Below, piece by piece: positions 25,862-35,653 of a stretch of DNA of 44,465 nt. The notes under the pieces were generated by a model that was given only the letters and a program-made list of their open reading frames with translations, was not told where the DNA came from and ran no database searches. The stretch is from Bdellovibrionota bacterium (GTDB lineage: Bacteria > Bdellovibrionota_C > UBA2361 > OMII01): contig JBIKWQ010000022.1 of NCBI GenBank assembly GCA_044356215.1, positions 1-44,465 of the forward strand, read 5' to 3'. Numbering within the stretch: the stretch's first letter is position 1; each line of letters opens with the position of its first letter. Position numbers and translations under genes: made by a program.

Positions 25862-27011
25862 GCACCATTGTCCTACTTGTTACTAACTCGTCGAGGCGGC
25901 TGAAAGCATCAGCTAGTTCATCGGCTGTGTTAAAAGAATGCAGGCAGACGCGAATCCTCTCAGATCCTACCGGAACTGTAGGGGCTCTGATCGCTCGCGC
26001 AAAGAGACCGGAATCGATCAGCAATCGCTCTGCCGTAAGGGCAAACTCATTTCCTTTTACTATCACACCCTGAATCGGGGAATTGGAGTCGAGAAAATCC
26101 AAACTTGAGTACGTCGTCCGCCTATCTCGGGCGATATCGATTAAGTTAAAGAGGCGAGTTCGCTCTTCGTCCGCGTTGAGCATAAGTTTGTAAGCCTCTC
26201 TAATGAACTTTAACGTCACAAGATCCGGAGCCGTTGCATAGACAAAGGATCGCGCGTGATTAATCAGGTGCTGACGAAGCTCATGGCTTCCTAATACGCA
26301 CGCCCCTTTGTATCCAAGGGCTTTGCCGAATGTGTGTACCCTCGCGAAAACTCGATCATGTAATCCAAATTCAGATACCAGTCCCGCGCCTTTTGGACCG
26401 TAGACCCCGTTTGAGTGCGCCTCATCAACTATTAGAAAAGCGCCCAGCTCATTCGCTATCTGACACAGGTCCACAAGTGGCGCCAGATCTCCATCCATCG
26501 AATAAAGCGATTCAATCGCGATAAAGATATCCCCCCTAGCCAGAGCCGCCTTCTTTCTTAGATCCTCTAGGTCATTATGGCGGAAAGAGAGTGACTTAGC
26601 GTAGCTCAAGCGGATCCCGTCGCGCATCGAGGCATGGATAAACTCGTCAAAGAGAATAGTATCAGCGCGGCCCGCAATTGCTGAGAGCAGCCCAATGTTT
26701 GCCTCGTACCCAGAGCCAAAAAGCAGAGCTGACTCAGCTTGATGATACGATGCTAGGAACCCCTCAAGCTCTTCGTGAGCTTCGAAGTTTCCGCTGACTA
26801 ACCGAGAGCCAGTTGCGCCAATTTCTTTGAGTCGCACTTCCTCAAGAACTCGTGACACCACATCTGGTGAGGCTAGCTTTCTTGCTATTCCCAGATAATC
26901 ATTTGAGCTTAAGTCGATAGCGGATCTGTGTACTCGTAAAACTCGTTCAGAGTTAGCGAGCCCGCGCCTTTTACGCTGAGCACTTAAATATTCGGGAATC
27001 TTAATGGTCAT
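25842..27011 (-). CDS. bioF: 8-amino-7-oxononanoate synthase
   Basis: SSNDYLG, GATGSRL, SGYEAN, HAS..DG, FRHND, YSMDGD, VDEAH, TFGKALG, IRAPTVP. Confidence 0.93.
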   Translation of the reverse strand: MTIKIPEYLSAQRKRRGLANSERVLRVHRSAIDLSSNDYLGIARKLASPDVVSRVLEEVRLKEIGATGSRLVSGNFEAHEELEGFLASYHQAESALLFGSGYEANIGLLSAIAGRADTILFDEFIHASMRDGIRLSYAKSLSFRHNDLEDLRKKAALARGDIFIAIESLYSMDGDLAPLVDLCQIANELGAFLIVDEAHSNGVYGPKGAGLVSEFGLHDRVFARVHTFGKALGYKGACVLGSHELRQHLINHARSFVYATAPDLVTLKFIREAYKLMLNADEERTRLFNLIDIARDRRTTYSSLDFLDSNSPIQGVIVKGNEFALTAERLLIDSGLFARAIRAPTVPVGSERIRVCLHSFNTADELADAFSRLDELVTSRTMVLGGACG

Positions 27012-27181
27012 CGATTAGTTAGTAGTTTTTACGCCCACCCCACTCCATCCCGCATTGCTCCGAGAAGCGGCTCCTTAATAGGGCCTAAAGTCATTGCGGA
27101 GGTATCTGCTGAGTAGTTACAAGTCTCTTATCTTATGCTATCAAAGGTCATTCACGGGTGGAAGGAACACGCACTAGTTAT

Positions 27182-28444
27182 ATGAATATATTTGAAGATC
27201 TCTCCTGGCGCGGACTCATTCAAGACATCTCAGACCCAGAGGCTTTCTCCAAGCTTAAAGCAGGCGATGCGTGCTATATCGGATTTGATCCGACTGCGTC
27301 ATCTCTACAGGTCGGCAATCTTGTTCAGATTCTTGTATCGATTCATTTAACTAAGGCTGGCCTTAAACCGATTCTGCTCTTTGGTGGAGCCACGGGCATG
27401 ATTGGAGACCCAGGAGGACGTAGCACAGAGCGAAATCTGATGTCCCTTGATGATGTCGCCCGTAACGTCGGATTGCAGGCCGAGCAGGCAAAGGTCCTGT
27501 GGAAGAACGCGGGAACTGATGTTGAACCTGAGATCGTAAACAACATCGACTGGACTAGGGGCGTATCGTGTCTAGATTTTCTGCGCGACGTGGGAAAACA
27601 CTTCACAGTAAACTACATGTTACAGAAGGATTCTGTAAAATCGCGACTAGCTGGTGAAGGCATATCCTATACAGAATTTAGCTATATGCTTCTGCAGGCT
27701 TATGACTTCCTACACCTTTATAAGACTAAAGGTTGCCGTTTGCAGTTCGGAGGTTCTGATCAGTGGGGAAATCTAACTGCAGGACTAGAACTCATTAGGC
27801 GGAAGGTTCAAGGTGAGGCCTACGCTTTTTCCGTTCCCCTTATAACTAACGCAGAGGGAAAAAAGTTCGGAAAGAGCGCTGGGAACGCAGTGTGGCTAGA
27901 CCCTAACCTTACAAGCCCATACCAGTTCCACCAGTTCTGGCTGAATGTTCAGGACAGCGAGGTGATCAAGCTCTTAAAAGTTTTCACCTTCACTCCGCGC
28001 GAAGAAATAGAGCGACTAGAGCGTGAATCAAAAGAGCATCCGGAGAAACGAGAAGCGCAGAAATTCTTAGCCGACACACTGTGCGACCTGGTACACGGCA
28101 AAGCGGCTACAGAGGATGCTAAAAGAGCCGCGGGGGCGCTGTTCGGTGGATCCTTGGAGGGTTTTTCAGAGAAACAGCTTTTAGAGATCTTCGCTGATGC
28201 ACCATCGACTCTGCTAAAAAGGAGCGACGCCGAAAACCTAGATGTGCTCTCTCTCCTAGCCCAGACGGTTTGCTCATCAAAGGGAGAGGCTCGCAGATTG
28301 GTTCAAGGGGGCGGGATCTATATCGATAACGAGCGAGTGGCCGAACCGACAACACCAGTGACTTCGACTAAACTTATAGAGAAAGGGTTTATCGTCTTGC
28401 GAAGCGGCAAAAAGAATTACCATATCGTGAAGCTCGCGGAGTAG
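27182..28444 (+). CDS. tyrS: Tyrosine--tRNA ligase
   Basis: YIGFDPTA, GGATGMIGDP, EFSYMLLQ.YDF, QFGGSDQWGN, KFGKS, C-terminal S4 domain. Confidence 0.97.
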   Translation: MNIFEDLSWRGLIQDISDPEAFSKLKAGDACYIGFDPTASSLQVGNLVQILVSIHLTKAGLKPILLFGGATGMIGDPGGRSTERNLMSLDDVARNVGLQAEQAKVLWKNAGTDVEPEIVNNIDWTRGVSCLDFLRDVGKHFTVNYMLQKDSVKSRLAGEGISYTEFSYMLLQAYDFLHLYKTKGCRLQFGGSDQWGNLTAGLELIRRKVQGEAYAFSVPLITNAEGKKFGKSAGNAVWLDPNLTSPYQFHQFWLNVQDSEVIKLLKVFTFTPREEIERLERESKEHPEKREAQKFLADTLCDLVHGKAATEDAKRAAGALFGGSLEGFSEKQLLEIFADAPSTLLKRSDAENLDVLSLLAQTVCSSKGEARRLVQGGGIYIDNERVAEPTTPVTSTKLIEKGFIVLRSGKKNYHIVKLAE

Positions 28445-28455
28445 CGAACAAAGAG

Positions 28456-28929
28456 ATGGCATCAGAACCGACGCGATTTAACAAAGGGGACTTTGTCGCC
28501 GTAAAAAAGCTTGGCAGATCTGGGGTAGTGGTAGAAAAGTTGTCAAACGGGACGTATCGGATCTCCTTGGGCGCGCTCACCGTATCAGCTAAAGCAAGCG
28601 AACTGTCTTTAGATCCAAAAGCGAACCCCTCTCTTGGTGACTCAGTGATCAATCGCGTGCGGCTAGCCCGCAAGAACAAGACGAGAGCGTGTGCAGTAAG
28701 AACTTCTATCGATCTCCACGGCTTCACAGTTGACCAAGCTACCAGAGCCCTGGAGGAGTGGCTCAATCAGATGATTATCTCAGATGCTAAACAGGGAAAA
28801 GTTATTCATGGATTAGGTAGTGGAAGAGTTCAGAGAGCTACCCATGAAATATTGGCGCGATACTCGGCGGTACGCGCTTTTAGAATTAACGACGCTAATC
28901 CGGGTGAGACCGATGTTTATCTGAGTTAA
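28456..28929 (+). CDS. KOW-like plus Smr domain protein (MutS2 C-terminus-like)
   Basis: F.KGD.V.V..LG..G.V; IDLHG.TV..A; IHG.GSG; G.T.V. Confidence 0.88.
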   Translation: MASEPTRFNKGDFVAVKKLGRSGVVVEKLSNGTYRISLGALTVSAKASELSLDPKANPSLGDSVINRVRLARKNKTRACAVRTSIDLHGFTVDQATRALEEWLNQMIISDAKQGKVIHGLGSGRVQRATHEILARYSAVRAFRINDANPGETDVYLS

Positions 28930-28993
28930 AATCTGAGGTACTAATTATATCGTGCTACCGTTTTGAATGGCGACACTAATGGCAAAGATCTTT

Positions 28994-30646
28994 CTAAATA
29001 AATGCTGACAGCTTGGATCCTTTAATTTCAGGATCTCTCCTAGAGCTCTCGCGATGCCGAGTAAACGGAATAAGCTGATCTAACGCTGAGAACTCAATCT
29101 CCTCCTCTTTTTGAAGAGCGCGCAACTCATGCATAAATGTGTGGTCAACATAGTTTGTGTCTGAGAAATCCAGCTCTATGTTTTTTCCAGACGCTTGGGC
29201 GAGCTCGCCCTTGAAACCGATGATGTTGCCGAAGAAGCACGCTTGGGGCATTCTGAGATAAAAAGAACCATCAGCTCGTGTTACTCCGGTTTTAAAGCTC
29301 GCGAAAAACGCCCTCATCGGAACGCCGAGCGCTAAACAAACTATATATTCGGCTAGCATTCCTATCAGCACACCGATAAGAAGGTCCGTCAGAAGGGTAG
29401 CGACAATGGTAGTTAAGAAAACAAAGAACTGATCTAGTCCGATCCTCCGCACCTGTTTAAACCGACCTGGCGAAGCCAACCGGTATCCCGTCACACATAG
29501 GACCCCGGCCAAGGCAGCGTTGGGGATAAGTTGAATTACCGGCGCTAAAAGAAGTACAAACGCGAGCAAGCAGGCTGAATGAAAAAAGTTAGCCCACTTG
29601 GTGCGGGCCCCATAAGTGATATTGGCGCTCGACCTGACTACCTCGGCTATCATTGGCAGGCCGCCTATAAATCCGCAAATCGTATTACCCGCTCCAAGGG
29701 CGAAAAGGTGGCGATTCATCTTGGATTTTCGTGACCAAGGATCGAGCGAATCAACGGCTTTGCAGGTCAGGAGACTCTCTAACGACCCTATAAGCGCGAA
29801 TAAAGTTATAAACTGGAGAGATCGCCACGATAGCACGCGACTAAAATCAGGCAGCGTTATCCCGGAAAAAAATGAGCTTGGTAATGTTACCAGATAACGC
29901 GAATCTACCGAATAATCGAGCGAATACCAACGATAGGTATGTGGCCTCCTGAATTCAAAGAACTCACACAATAAGATCCCAACCAAAACCGCCACCAATG
30001 GCCCTGGAAGATAGCGAGCAAAACGCCCAAATATCGTCGTAGCAAAGATCACAATTAGTACGCTTAGAAAACCGACCAACGCTATCTCGGGATTCATTAC
30101 CACTAGAGAGTGCGGAATTTCAAAAAGAAGCGAGATCGGCTCCCTAGCGATTGGCTTGACGCCAAGTAAGGGATGCACCTGCTTAGCGAAGATTATCATA
30201 CCGATCGCCGCAAGCATTCCGTGCACAACAGAGGCTGGGAAGAAGTCGGCAAACCTGCCAAGTTTAAAAACCGCGAAGAACATCTGGATTACGCTCGCCA
30301 CCACGATGACCGCCAACGTGTATCGATAGCCGGCTGTCGCGTCCCCCTGCCCTAGCGCCTCTACTGAAGCTATCGCGATCGCTATAAGCCCAGCCGCTGG
30401 ACCTTTGATTGTTAGCGATGAGCCACAGAGCGGTCCGACTATAAGACCGCCAACAATAGCGGTTACAACGCCCCCAAAAGCCGGAAAGCCGCTTGCCATC
30501 GCTATCCCTAAACAGAGAGGCAGAGCGATTAATGAAACCAGAAGACCCGCTGAAAGATCCGCCCTCCAGTTCTGAAAAAGACCATTTGTACCATCTTTCG
30601 GGGTTTCGGACGCAGATGAGCGCCCACTCAAATTAGAGCTGTCCAT
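28994..30646 (-). CDS. SulP family anion transporter
   Basis: DL.AGL.V.LIALPLCLGIA.ASG, I.GPAAGL, GGLPM...VRSSAN, short STAS-like tail. Confidence 0.93.
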   Translation of the reverse strand: MDSSNLSGRSSASETPKDGTNGLFQNWRADLSAGLLVSLIALPLCLGIAMASGFPAFGGVVTAIVGGLIVGPLCGSSLTIKGPAAGLIAIAIASVEALGQGDATAGYRYTLAVIVVASVIQMFFAVFKLGRFADFFPASVVHGMLAAIGMIIFAKQVHPLLGVKPIAREPISLLFEIPHSLVVMNPEIALVGFLSVLIVIFATTIFGRFARYLPGPLVAVLVGILLCEFFEFRRPHTYRWYSLDYSVDSRYLVTLPSSFFSGITLPDFSRVLSWRSLQFITLFALIGSLESLLTCKAVDSLDPWSRKSKMNRHLFALGAGNTICGFIGGLPMIAEVVRSSANITYGARTKWANFFHSACLLAFVLLLAPVIQLIPNAALAGVLCVTGYRLASPGRFKQVRRIGLDQFFVFLTTIVATLLTDLLIGVLIGMLAEYIVCLALGVPMRAFFASFKTGVTRADGSFYLRMPQACFFGNIIGFKGELAQASGKNIELDFSDTNYVDHTFMHELRALQKEEEIEFSALDQLIPFTRHRESSRRDPEIKGSKLSAFI

Positions 30647-30806
30647 ACCAAATTCTAGTCCTTAACAGTAATTCCTTATCAGGCCTTAAAGTCGAGTCAA
30701 GTCGTCGTATAGCGGCAGGCTACGGCTCGGCATCGGTCGATGTTAGCTGAGAGGTTACGCCCAGATCTAATCCTTAGTCAACTGGTGCTAACTAATTACG
30801 TATCTG

Positions 30807-31619
30807 TTACACGGCAGAATAATTCTTGCGCCATGGATACACACATTCACTGACGGAGCTTCCAAGCATCTTTATTACCTCGCCAGCGGCGATAAATCCC
30901 AAGACACCTGTAACATACACAGCACTTCCCAGGCCATCGTTACAGCTCTTCCGACTTTCGCCATTTGTAGCGCAGAGACTCGGCGATTCAGTATCGCGAG
31001 GGCCACGTTGTTTGGGGGCGTATACGCAGGGAACATTAAACCTCGCTCTCTCACCCTTTGGGAAATCATACCACTGGCGCAACTGCTTTCGCACAATCTG
31101 CAGAAGTGGATCGTGAATAGTCCTAGCGAGGTCATCTACGGTCGCTTTGCTGGCGTCGAGGCGATCTCCCCCTGCCCCAACAGTTATGACTCGAAGTGAC
31201 CTATTTACGCACTCGCCTATGAGAGTGGTCTTGTTTTCGTTGCGATCGATCGTATCGAGCACAACATCAAAGCCTGAAGAGAGTATTTCATCAGCTGATG
31301 AATGTGTGAAAAATCTCCGCTCAACTCTCACTTGGCAATCAGGGTTAATGGCCTTTACGCGAGCGGCAAGTAATTGAGCTTTAGAACGACCAACTGTATC
31401 GGTCAGCGCGTGGATCTGTCTGTTAATATTAGTCACACAGACCTCATCTAGATCCACCAGAGTTAGAGAGCCGACGCCAGACCTCGCTAGCGCCTCGACA
31501 CTCCAAGAACCAACCCCACCAAGACCAACAACGCATACCGATGCCGAGCTCACCCGAGCGAAATGCTGTGGACCAAGGAGTTGGTACGTTCCTCTAAATC
31601 TAGGGTTAATATCATCCAT
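30807..31619 (-). CDS. tcdA: tRNA threonylcarbamoyladenosine dehydratase (ThiF family)
   Basis: VGLGGVGSW.VEALARSGVG, D.DEVC.TNINRQIHA, DPL...VRK.LR, C..GLGS...VTG. Confidence 0.9.
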   Translation of the reverse strand: MDDINPRFRGTYQLLGPQHFARVSSASVCVVGLGGVGSWSVEALARSGVGSLTLVDLDEVCVTNINRQIHALTDTVGRSKAQLLAARVKAINPDCQVRVERRFFTHSSADEILSSGFDVVLDTIDRNENKTTLIGECVNRSLRVITVGAGGDRLDASKATVDDLARTIHDPLLQIVRKQLRQWYDFPKGERARFNVPCVYAPKQRGPRDTESPSLCATNGESRKSCNDGLGSAVYVTGVLGFIAAGEVIKMLGSSVSECVYPWRKNYSAV

Positions 31620-31700
31620 GACGCCGATCTTATCACACCAATAAATCGATTCCCAACATGTGCCTATCAGGTTAAAATACCAGGGAAGGCCGCAATATAG

Positions 31701-32927
31701 ATGAACGACTCAGACGTAGTAATTATAGGTGCCGGGCTTACCGGATTGCGCGCGGCGCTCGAGGTTTCACGATCGGGACTCTCAGTGCTGGTAGTCGAAG
31801 GATCTGATGCGGTTGGAGGTCGAATGCGAACATCGCATCTGGATGGTTTTACCCTAGACCATGGATTCCAAGTTTTATTGACAGCCTATCCTGAGTTGGC
31901 ATCAATACCCTCAATAGCTAATTTAAACTGTGGTGCCTTCGTTGCGGGGGCCAGAGTCCGCATCGGTGAGGATTGGCTCTACTTTTCGGATCCTCGAAGA
32001 CAACCCAGGGAGTTTATAAGGTCTCTAAGTCAGCCAATCGCGAGCATCTCTGACCTGATTAAATTTGGATGGCTATCCTCCCGACCACCTAAAGGTGATG
32101 TCGTAGCGTCTGAAGATTCTACGGCACAAGAACTAGAGCGCATTAAATTCTCGGCGCGCTTCCTCGACGGATTTATCAAACCATTTCTTCGTGGCGTCTT
32201 GCTTGACCCATCACTTAACACAGACTCAGGACTAGCAAAGTTTTACCTGAAGACCTTCTCCCGCGGCTCGGCATGCCTACCAGCGGTTGGTATCCAAGCT
32301 TTACCGGAGCTGCTTGCTGACTCCCTGGGAAGACAACACATCATGTTAAATTCCAAGGTGGTTAGTATTCGGCAACGCGGCGTGACAATCGAAGACGGAG
32401 ACGAAATAACCGCGAGGAACGTTATATGCGCCTGTGACGCGTTAGGCGCGGCAGCGCTCGGGGGGCCAGAGCAGACAACGCCTCACTCTAGTTCTGTGAC
32501 CCTTTATTTTTCTGCTGAAGAGGCGCCTTATAATGAGCCGATGATCTCACTTATGGGAGATGGGCGTGGCCCGATAAATAACCTCGCCGTTCTCACTAAT
32601 GCGCAACCAAGCTATGCATCTGGAGGGCGTGCGCTTATCTCGGCGACGGCAATTGGCTCGAGCGCGAATTTACCTCAGAGTGAGCTTTTAGATGCTACTA
32701 ATATACAGCTTCATCAACTCTTTGGTTCGGTGAGCGCTGATTGGGAGTTTATAAAATCTTTTTACATCCCGAACTCAGTGCCATCGAGGCCGCGGATCTC
32801 AGATGGCTGGCTTGAGTTCGATGGTGTTTATTATGCCGGCGACTATCTCTCTTACGGCTCACAAAACGGGGCGCTAAAAGCCGGCAGGCTCGTTGGCCAG
32901 GAGGTTTGTAGAGCTGTTTTGGGTTGA
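31701..32927 (+). CDS. FAD-dependent oxidoreductase (amine oxidase family)
   Basis: IIGAGLTGL, VGGR.RT, GF.LD.GFQVLLTAYP, AGD....S.NGAL..G. Confidence 0.9.
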   Translation: MNDSDVVIIGAGLTGLRAALEVSRSGLSVLVVEGSDAVGGRMRTSHLDGFTLDHGFQVLLTAYPELASIPSIANLNCGAFVAGARVRIGEDWLYFSDPRRQPREFIRSLSQPIASISDLIKFGWLSSRPPKGDVVASEDSTAQELERIKFSARFLDGFIKPFLRGVLLDPSLNTDSGLAKFYLKTFSRGSACLPAVGIQALPELLADSLGRQHIMLNSKVVSIRQRGVTIEDGDEITARNVICACDALGAAALGGPEQTTPHSSSVTLYFSAEEAPYNEPMISLMGDGRGPINNLAVLTNAQPSYASGGRALISATAIGSSANLPQSELLDATNIQLHQLFGSVSADWEFIKSFYIPNSVPSRPRISDGWLEFDGVYYAGDYLSYGSQNGALKAGRLVGQEVCRAVLG

Positions 32928-33018
32928 GGCATTTACTCAATGTCCCTACTCGCCGGATTTTTACATCCTCGCGGTAACTGCATAGCTAAAATGTTTGTTT
33001 TGGAGTATTCCTCTTGAT

Positions 33019-33402
33019 ATGGCTAACCTCGATTCCGACCGCCGCGGCAATAGCCCCGATGATGACGGTTTAAACGGTCTGAAGATCGCTCAAGCACGCA
33101 TGCTTGATATAGCTAATCGCGTACCCGAACAGCTTAGGCGCGCGGGATGGAGAAGTAACTTTTGTGTGGTCGTGATGAACTTTTCTCAGTTGGTTGCCAA
33201 CCACGGGCAAGAAACAGCCGAGAAACTTGTATGGCCGATTGAGATGGCCATAACACAAGAGGGCTGGATAGCAGCGCGGGAATATGTGTTTCTCGGAGAG
33301 CGTATGGTCGAACAGATAGTCGCATTCAAACCGAAGAGCGCTCCGCCGAATAAATTTCCTAGGCCTCACTCACCCGATTCAGCACCAAAGCTGTCCGACT
33401 AG
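33019..33402 (+). CDS. Hypothetical protein
   Basis: ORF fills intergenic space; no recognised motif; overlaps glgB 3' end by 44 bp. Confidence 0.45.
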   Translation: MANLDSDRRGNSPDDDGLNGLKIAQARMLDIANRVPEQLRRAGWRSNFCVVVMNFSQLVANHGQETAEKLVWPIEMAITQEGWIAAREYVFLGERMVEQIVAFKPKSAPPNKFPRPHSPDSAPKLSD

Positions 33403-35368
33403 GCAAATAGAGCTTGATTCCGGAACTACCTCTGGTCTCGTACACGATCTCGGAGTCCACCCTGCCGAATCCTCCGAACTGACCTACGTCAGTACTGAGC
33501 ACCACCTCGTAATCACCGGAGCGACACGGAATCTCTCTCCCCTCGTAAGATCTATTAGGATTAAGATTGAAAACGAAAACTAGCCCAGCCCGTTCAAATG
33601 CCAGCACCATATCTTCTACATGCTCATAGGTCTTATTCGGCCACTCATGTTCGAGAACACGGTATTTTTCGCACAAAAACATCATCGCCCGGTCAAATTC
33701 AGACAAGAATTTGTACTTAAGATCTGAATTGTCTCGCAGGCCCCACTGCCGTCTCGCATAGTGATACGACCAGTTATTTCCCTCACGTGGAAAATCAACC
33801 CACTCGGGATGCCCAAATTCGTTGCCCATAAAATTAAGGTATCCGCGTCCAGCGGTGCCCAATGTGAGAAGCCGGATTATCTTATGAAGCGCAATCGCGC
33901 GATCGATCACAATATTTTGATCGTCTACTCCCATGTGCCAGTACATCTCCTGGTCAGCGAGCCAAAACATGACGGTTTTATCACCGACAAGGGCTTGGTC
34001 ATGAGATTCGCAGTACCCTATGGTTTTTTCCTCCGGACGTCTTGATGCCAACTCACGCCAGATCTCCGCGACGTTCCAATCCTCATCTCTTTTATGCTTT
34101 AGAAGCTTTATCCAGTAATCGGGCACTCCCATAGCTAGCCGGTAATCAAAACCTATTCCTTGACGCTCTTGCGGAGCGGCGAGTCCGGGCATCGCGCTCA
34201 CCTCTTCAGCGACGGTAATGGCGTCCGGACGGAGCTCATGAATCAATCGATTAGCGAGGGCCAGATATGCAACCGCCTCCTCATCTACGTTTCCTCCGAA
34301 GTAATGGTCGTACGATGCAACGCTCGATCCTAACCCATGATCGCGGTAGATCATGCTGGTCACGCCATCAAAGCGAAATCCGTCGAACTTAAATTCATCA
34401 AGCCAGTATCTACAGTTCGAGAGAAGGAAGTGCAGAGTCTCTATCTTTCCATAATCGAATAACCTCGTATTCCAGGCCGGATGCTCTCCGCGCGGCCCTT
34501 TGTGAAAATAGAGATCGTAGCTTCCATCAAGTCGGCTCAGTCCCTCAATTTCATTCTTGACGGCGTGAGAGTGAACAAGATCCATAATGACAGCCAGTCC
34601 CAACCCATGAGCAGAATCAACCAGCTCCTTTAGTTCCTCTGGGGTGCCGAAGCGCGAAGATGGAGCGAAAAAGTTCGATACCTGGTAGCCAAATGAGCCG
34701 TAATAAGGATGCTCCTGCACCGCCATTAACTGAATAGTGTTATACCCAGCTGTCGCTATCTCCGGCAGTACATTGACGGTGAACTCCTTGTAGCTTCCCA
34801 CTTTGGCGTGCTCTGTAGCCATCCCAACATGCGCCTCATAGATTCGCGGCGCTACATCTGGTGCCCTAAAATGAGGATTAATCCAATTATAGTTAGACGG
34901 GGGATCCCAGACCTGCGCGCTGAACGCCAAAGTATCTGGATCCTGTACTACCCGTCTGGCAAAGGCGGGGATCCTCTCTCCATGACATTCCTTTCCACCC
35001 TCTTCCCAGAACACCATCATCTTGTAGTGTCCTCCGTGACTGAGAACATCTCGAGGAATACGCAATTCCCACACGTCAAGATTAACGCGGCTCATCGCAT
35101 ACTCGGCGCTTGTCCTCCATTTAGAGTGATCTCCGATTAGGAATATCTTAGTTGCTGCTGGAGCCCGCTCACGCAAAACCCACTCGTCCCCCTCTCGGTG
35201 AAGCCCGAAATACTGATGGCCTTGCGCGAACTCTATTAGTGGAACCCCGCCGGAGGTAATCCGACTTAACTGATGCTGAAAGACCCATGCTCGGTGATCC
35301 AAGGCCTGCTTATAAGGAGCTAACCATGGATCGATCGAGATAATTGAATTTTCGTGACTACTCAGCAT
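33359..35368 (-). CDS. glgB: 1,4-alpha-glucan branching enzyme (GH13_8-like)
   Basis: IYEAHVG, EHPYYGSFGYQV, FRFDGVTSM (Asp), AEEVS (Glu), ESHDQALVGDKT, NFMGNEFGHPEW. Confidence 0.95.
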   Translation of the reverse strand: MLSSHENSIISIDPWLAPYKQALDHRAWVFQHQLSRITSGGVPLIEFAQGHQYFGLHREGDEWVLRERAPAATKIFLIGDHSKWRTSAEYAMSRVNLDVWELRIPRDVLSHGGHYKMMVFWEEGGKECHGERIPAFARRVVQDPDTLAFSAQVWDPPSNYNWINPHFRAPDVAPRIYEAHVGMATEHAKVGSYKEFTVNVLPEIATAGYNTIQLMAVQEHPYYGSFGYQVSNFFAPSSRFGTPEELKELVDSAHGLGLAVIMDLVHSHAVKNEIEGLSRLDGSYDLYFHKGPRGEHPAWNTRLFDYGKIETLHFLLSNCRYWLDEFKFDGFRFDGVTSMIYRDHGLGSSVASYDHYFGGNVDEEAVAYLALANRLIHELRPDAITVAEEVSAMPGLAAPQERQGIGFDYRLAMGVPDYWIKLLKHKRDEDWNVAEIWRELASRRPEEKTIGYCESHDQALVGDKTVMFWLADQEMYWHMGVDDQNIVIDRAIALHKIIRLLTLGTAGRGYLNFMGNEFGHPEWVDFPREGNNWSYHYARRQWGLRDNSDLKYKFLSEFDRAMMFLCEKYRVLEHEWPNKTYEHVEDMVLAFERAGLVFVFNLNPNRSYEGREIPCRSGDYEVVLSTDVGQFGGFGRVDSEIVYETRGSSGIKLYLPSRTALVLNRVSEA

Positions 35369-35436
35369 ATCTTGCCGCAATAACTTAAGTGGCGGCTTTG
35401 CGGAGCAAAGCGGGGAGATAATAACTTCCCCGAAGA

Positions 35437-35466
35437 AATATGCACCCCCTAATAGGGGGGTGTCAA
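35437..35466 (-). promoter_or_regulatory. Putative sigma70 promoter of glgB with palindromic spacer
   Basis: TTGACA-CCCCCCTATTAGGGGGTG-CATATT on minus strand. Confidence 0.55.
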
Positions 35467-35483
35467 GAAAGAAGATTCACTAA

Positions 35484-35648
35484 CAGGGCGTCGCTGTGTT
35501 AGTGGCAAGCTGCTGGGATAATAAGTAAAATATTTTTACCACAGAGGACGCAGAGGACAAACAGAGAGAATCCCAATATTTGCCCATTAAATGGCCGTTC
35601 TCTGTGTCCTCTGCGTCCTCTGTGGTGGTAAAGAACTGCGACCCCCTA
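35484..35648. mobile_element. MITE-like element copy 3 (165 bp, opposite orientation, more diverged)
   Basis: CAGGGCGTCGCTGT...ACTGCGACCCCCTA; flanks ATTCACTAA (35475-35483) / ATCCACTAA (35649-35657), 8/9 match. Confidence 0.9.
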
Positions 35649-35653
35649 ATCCA

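Noticed and set aside
27012..27181. BirA operator upstream of bioF or T-box upstream of tyrS
   Set aside because: No TGTAAAC-N-GTTTACA-type palindrome; region too short and lacks T-box motifs.
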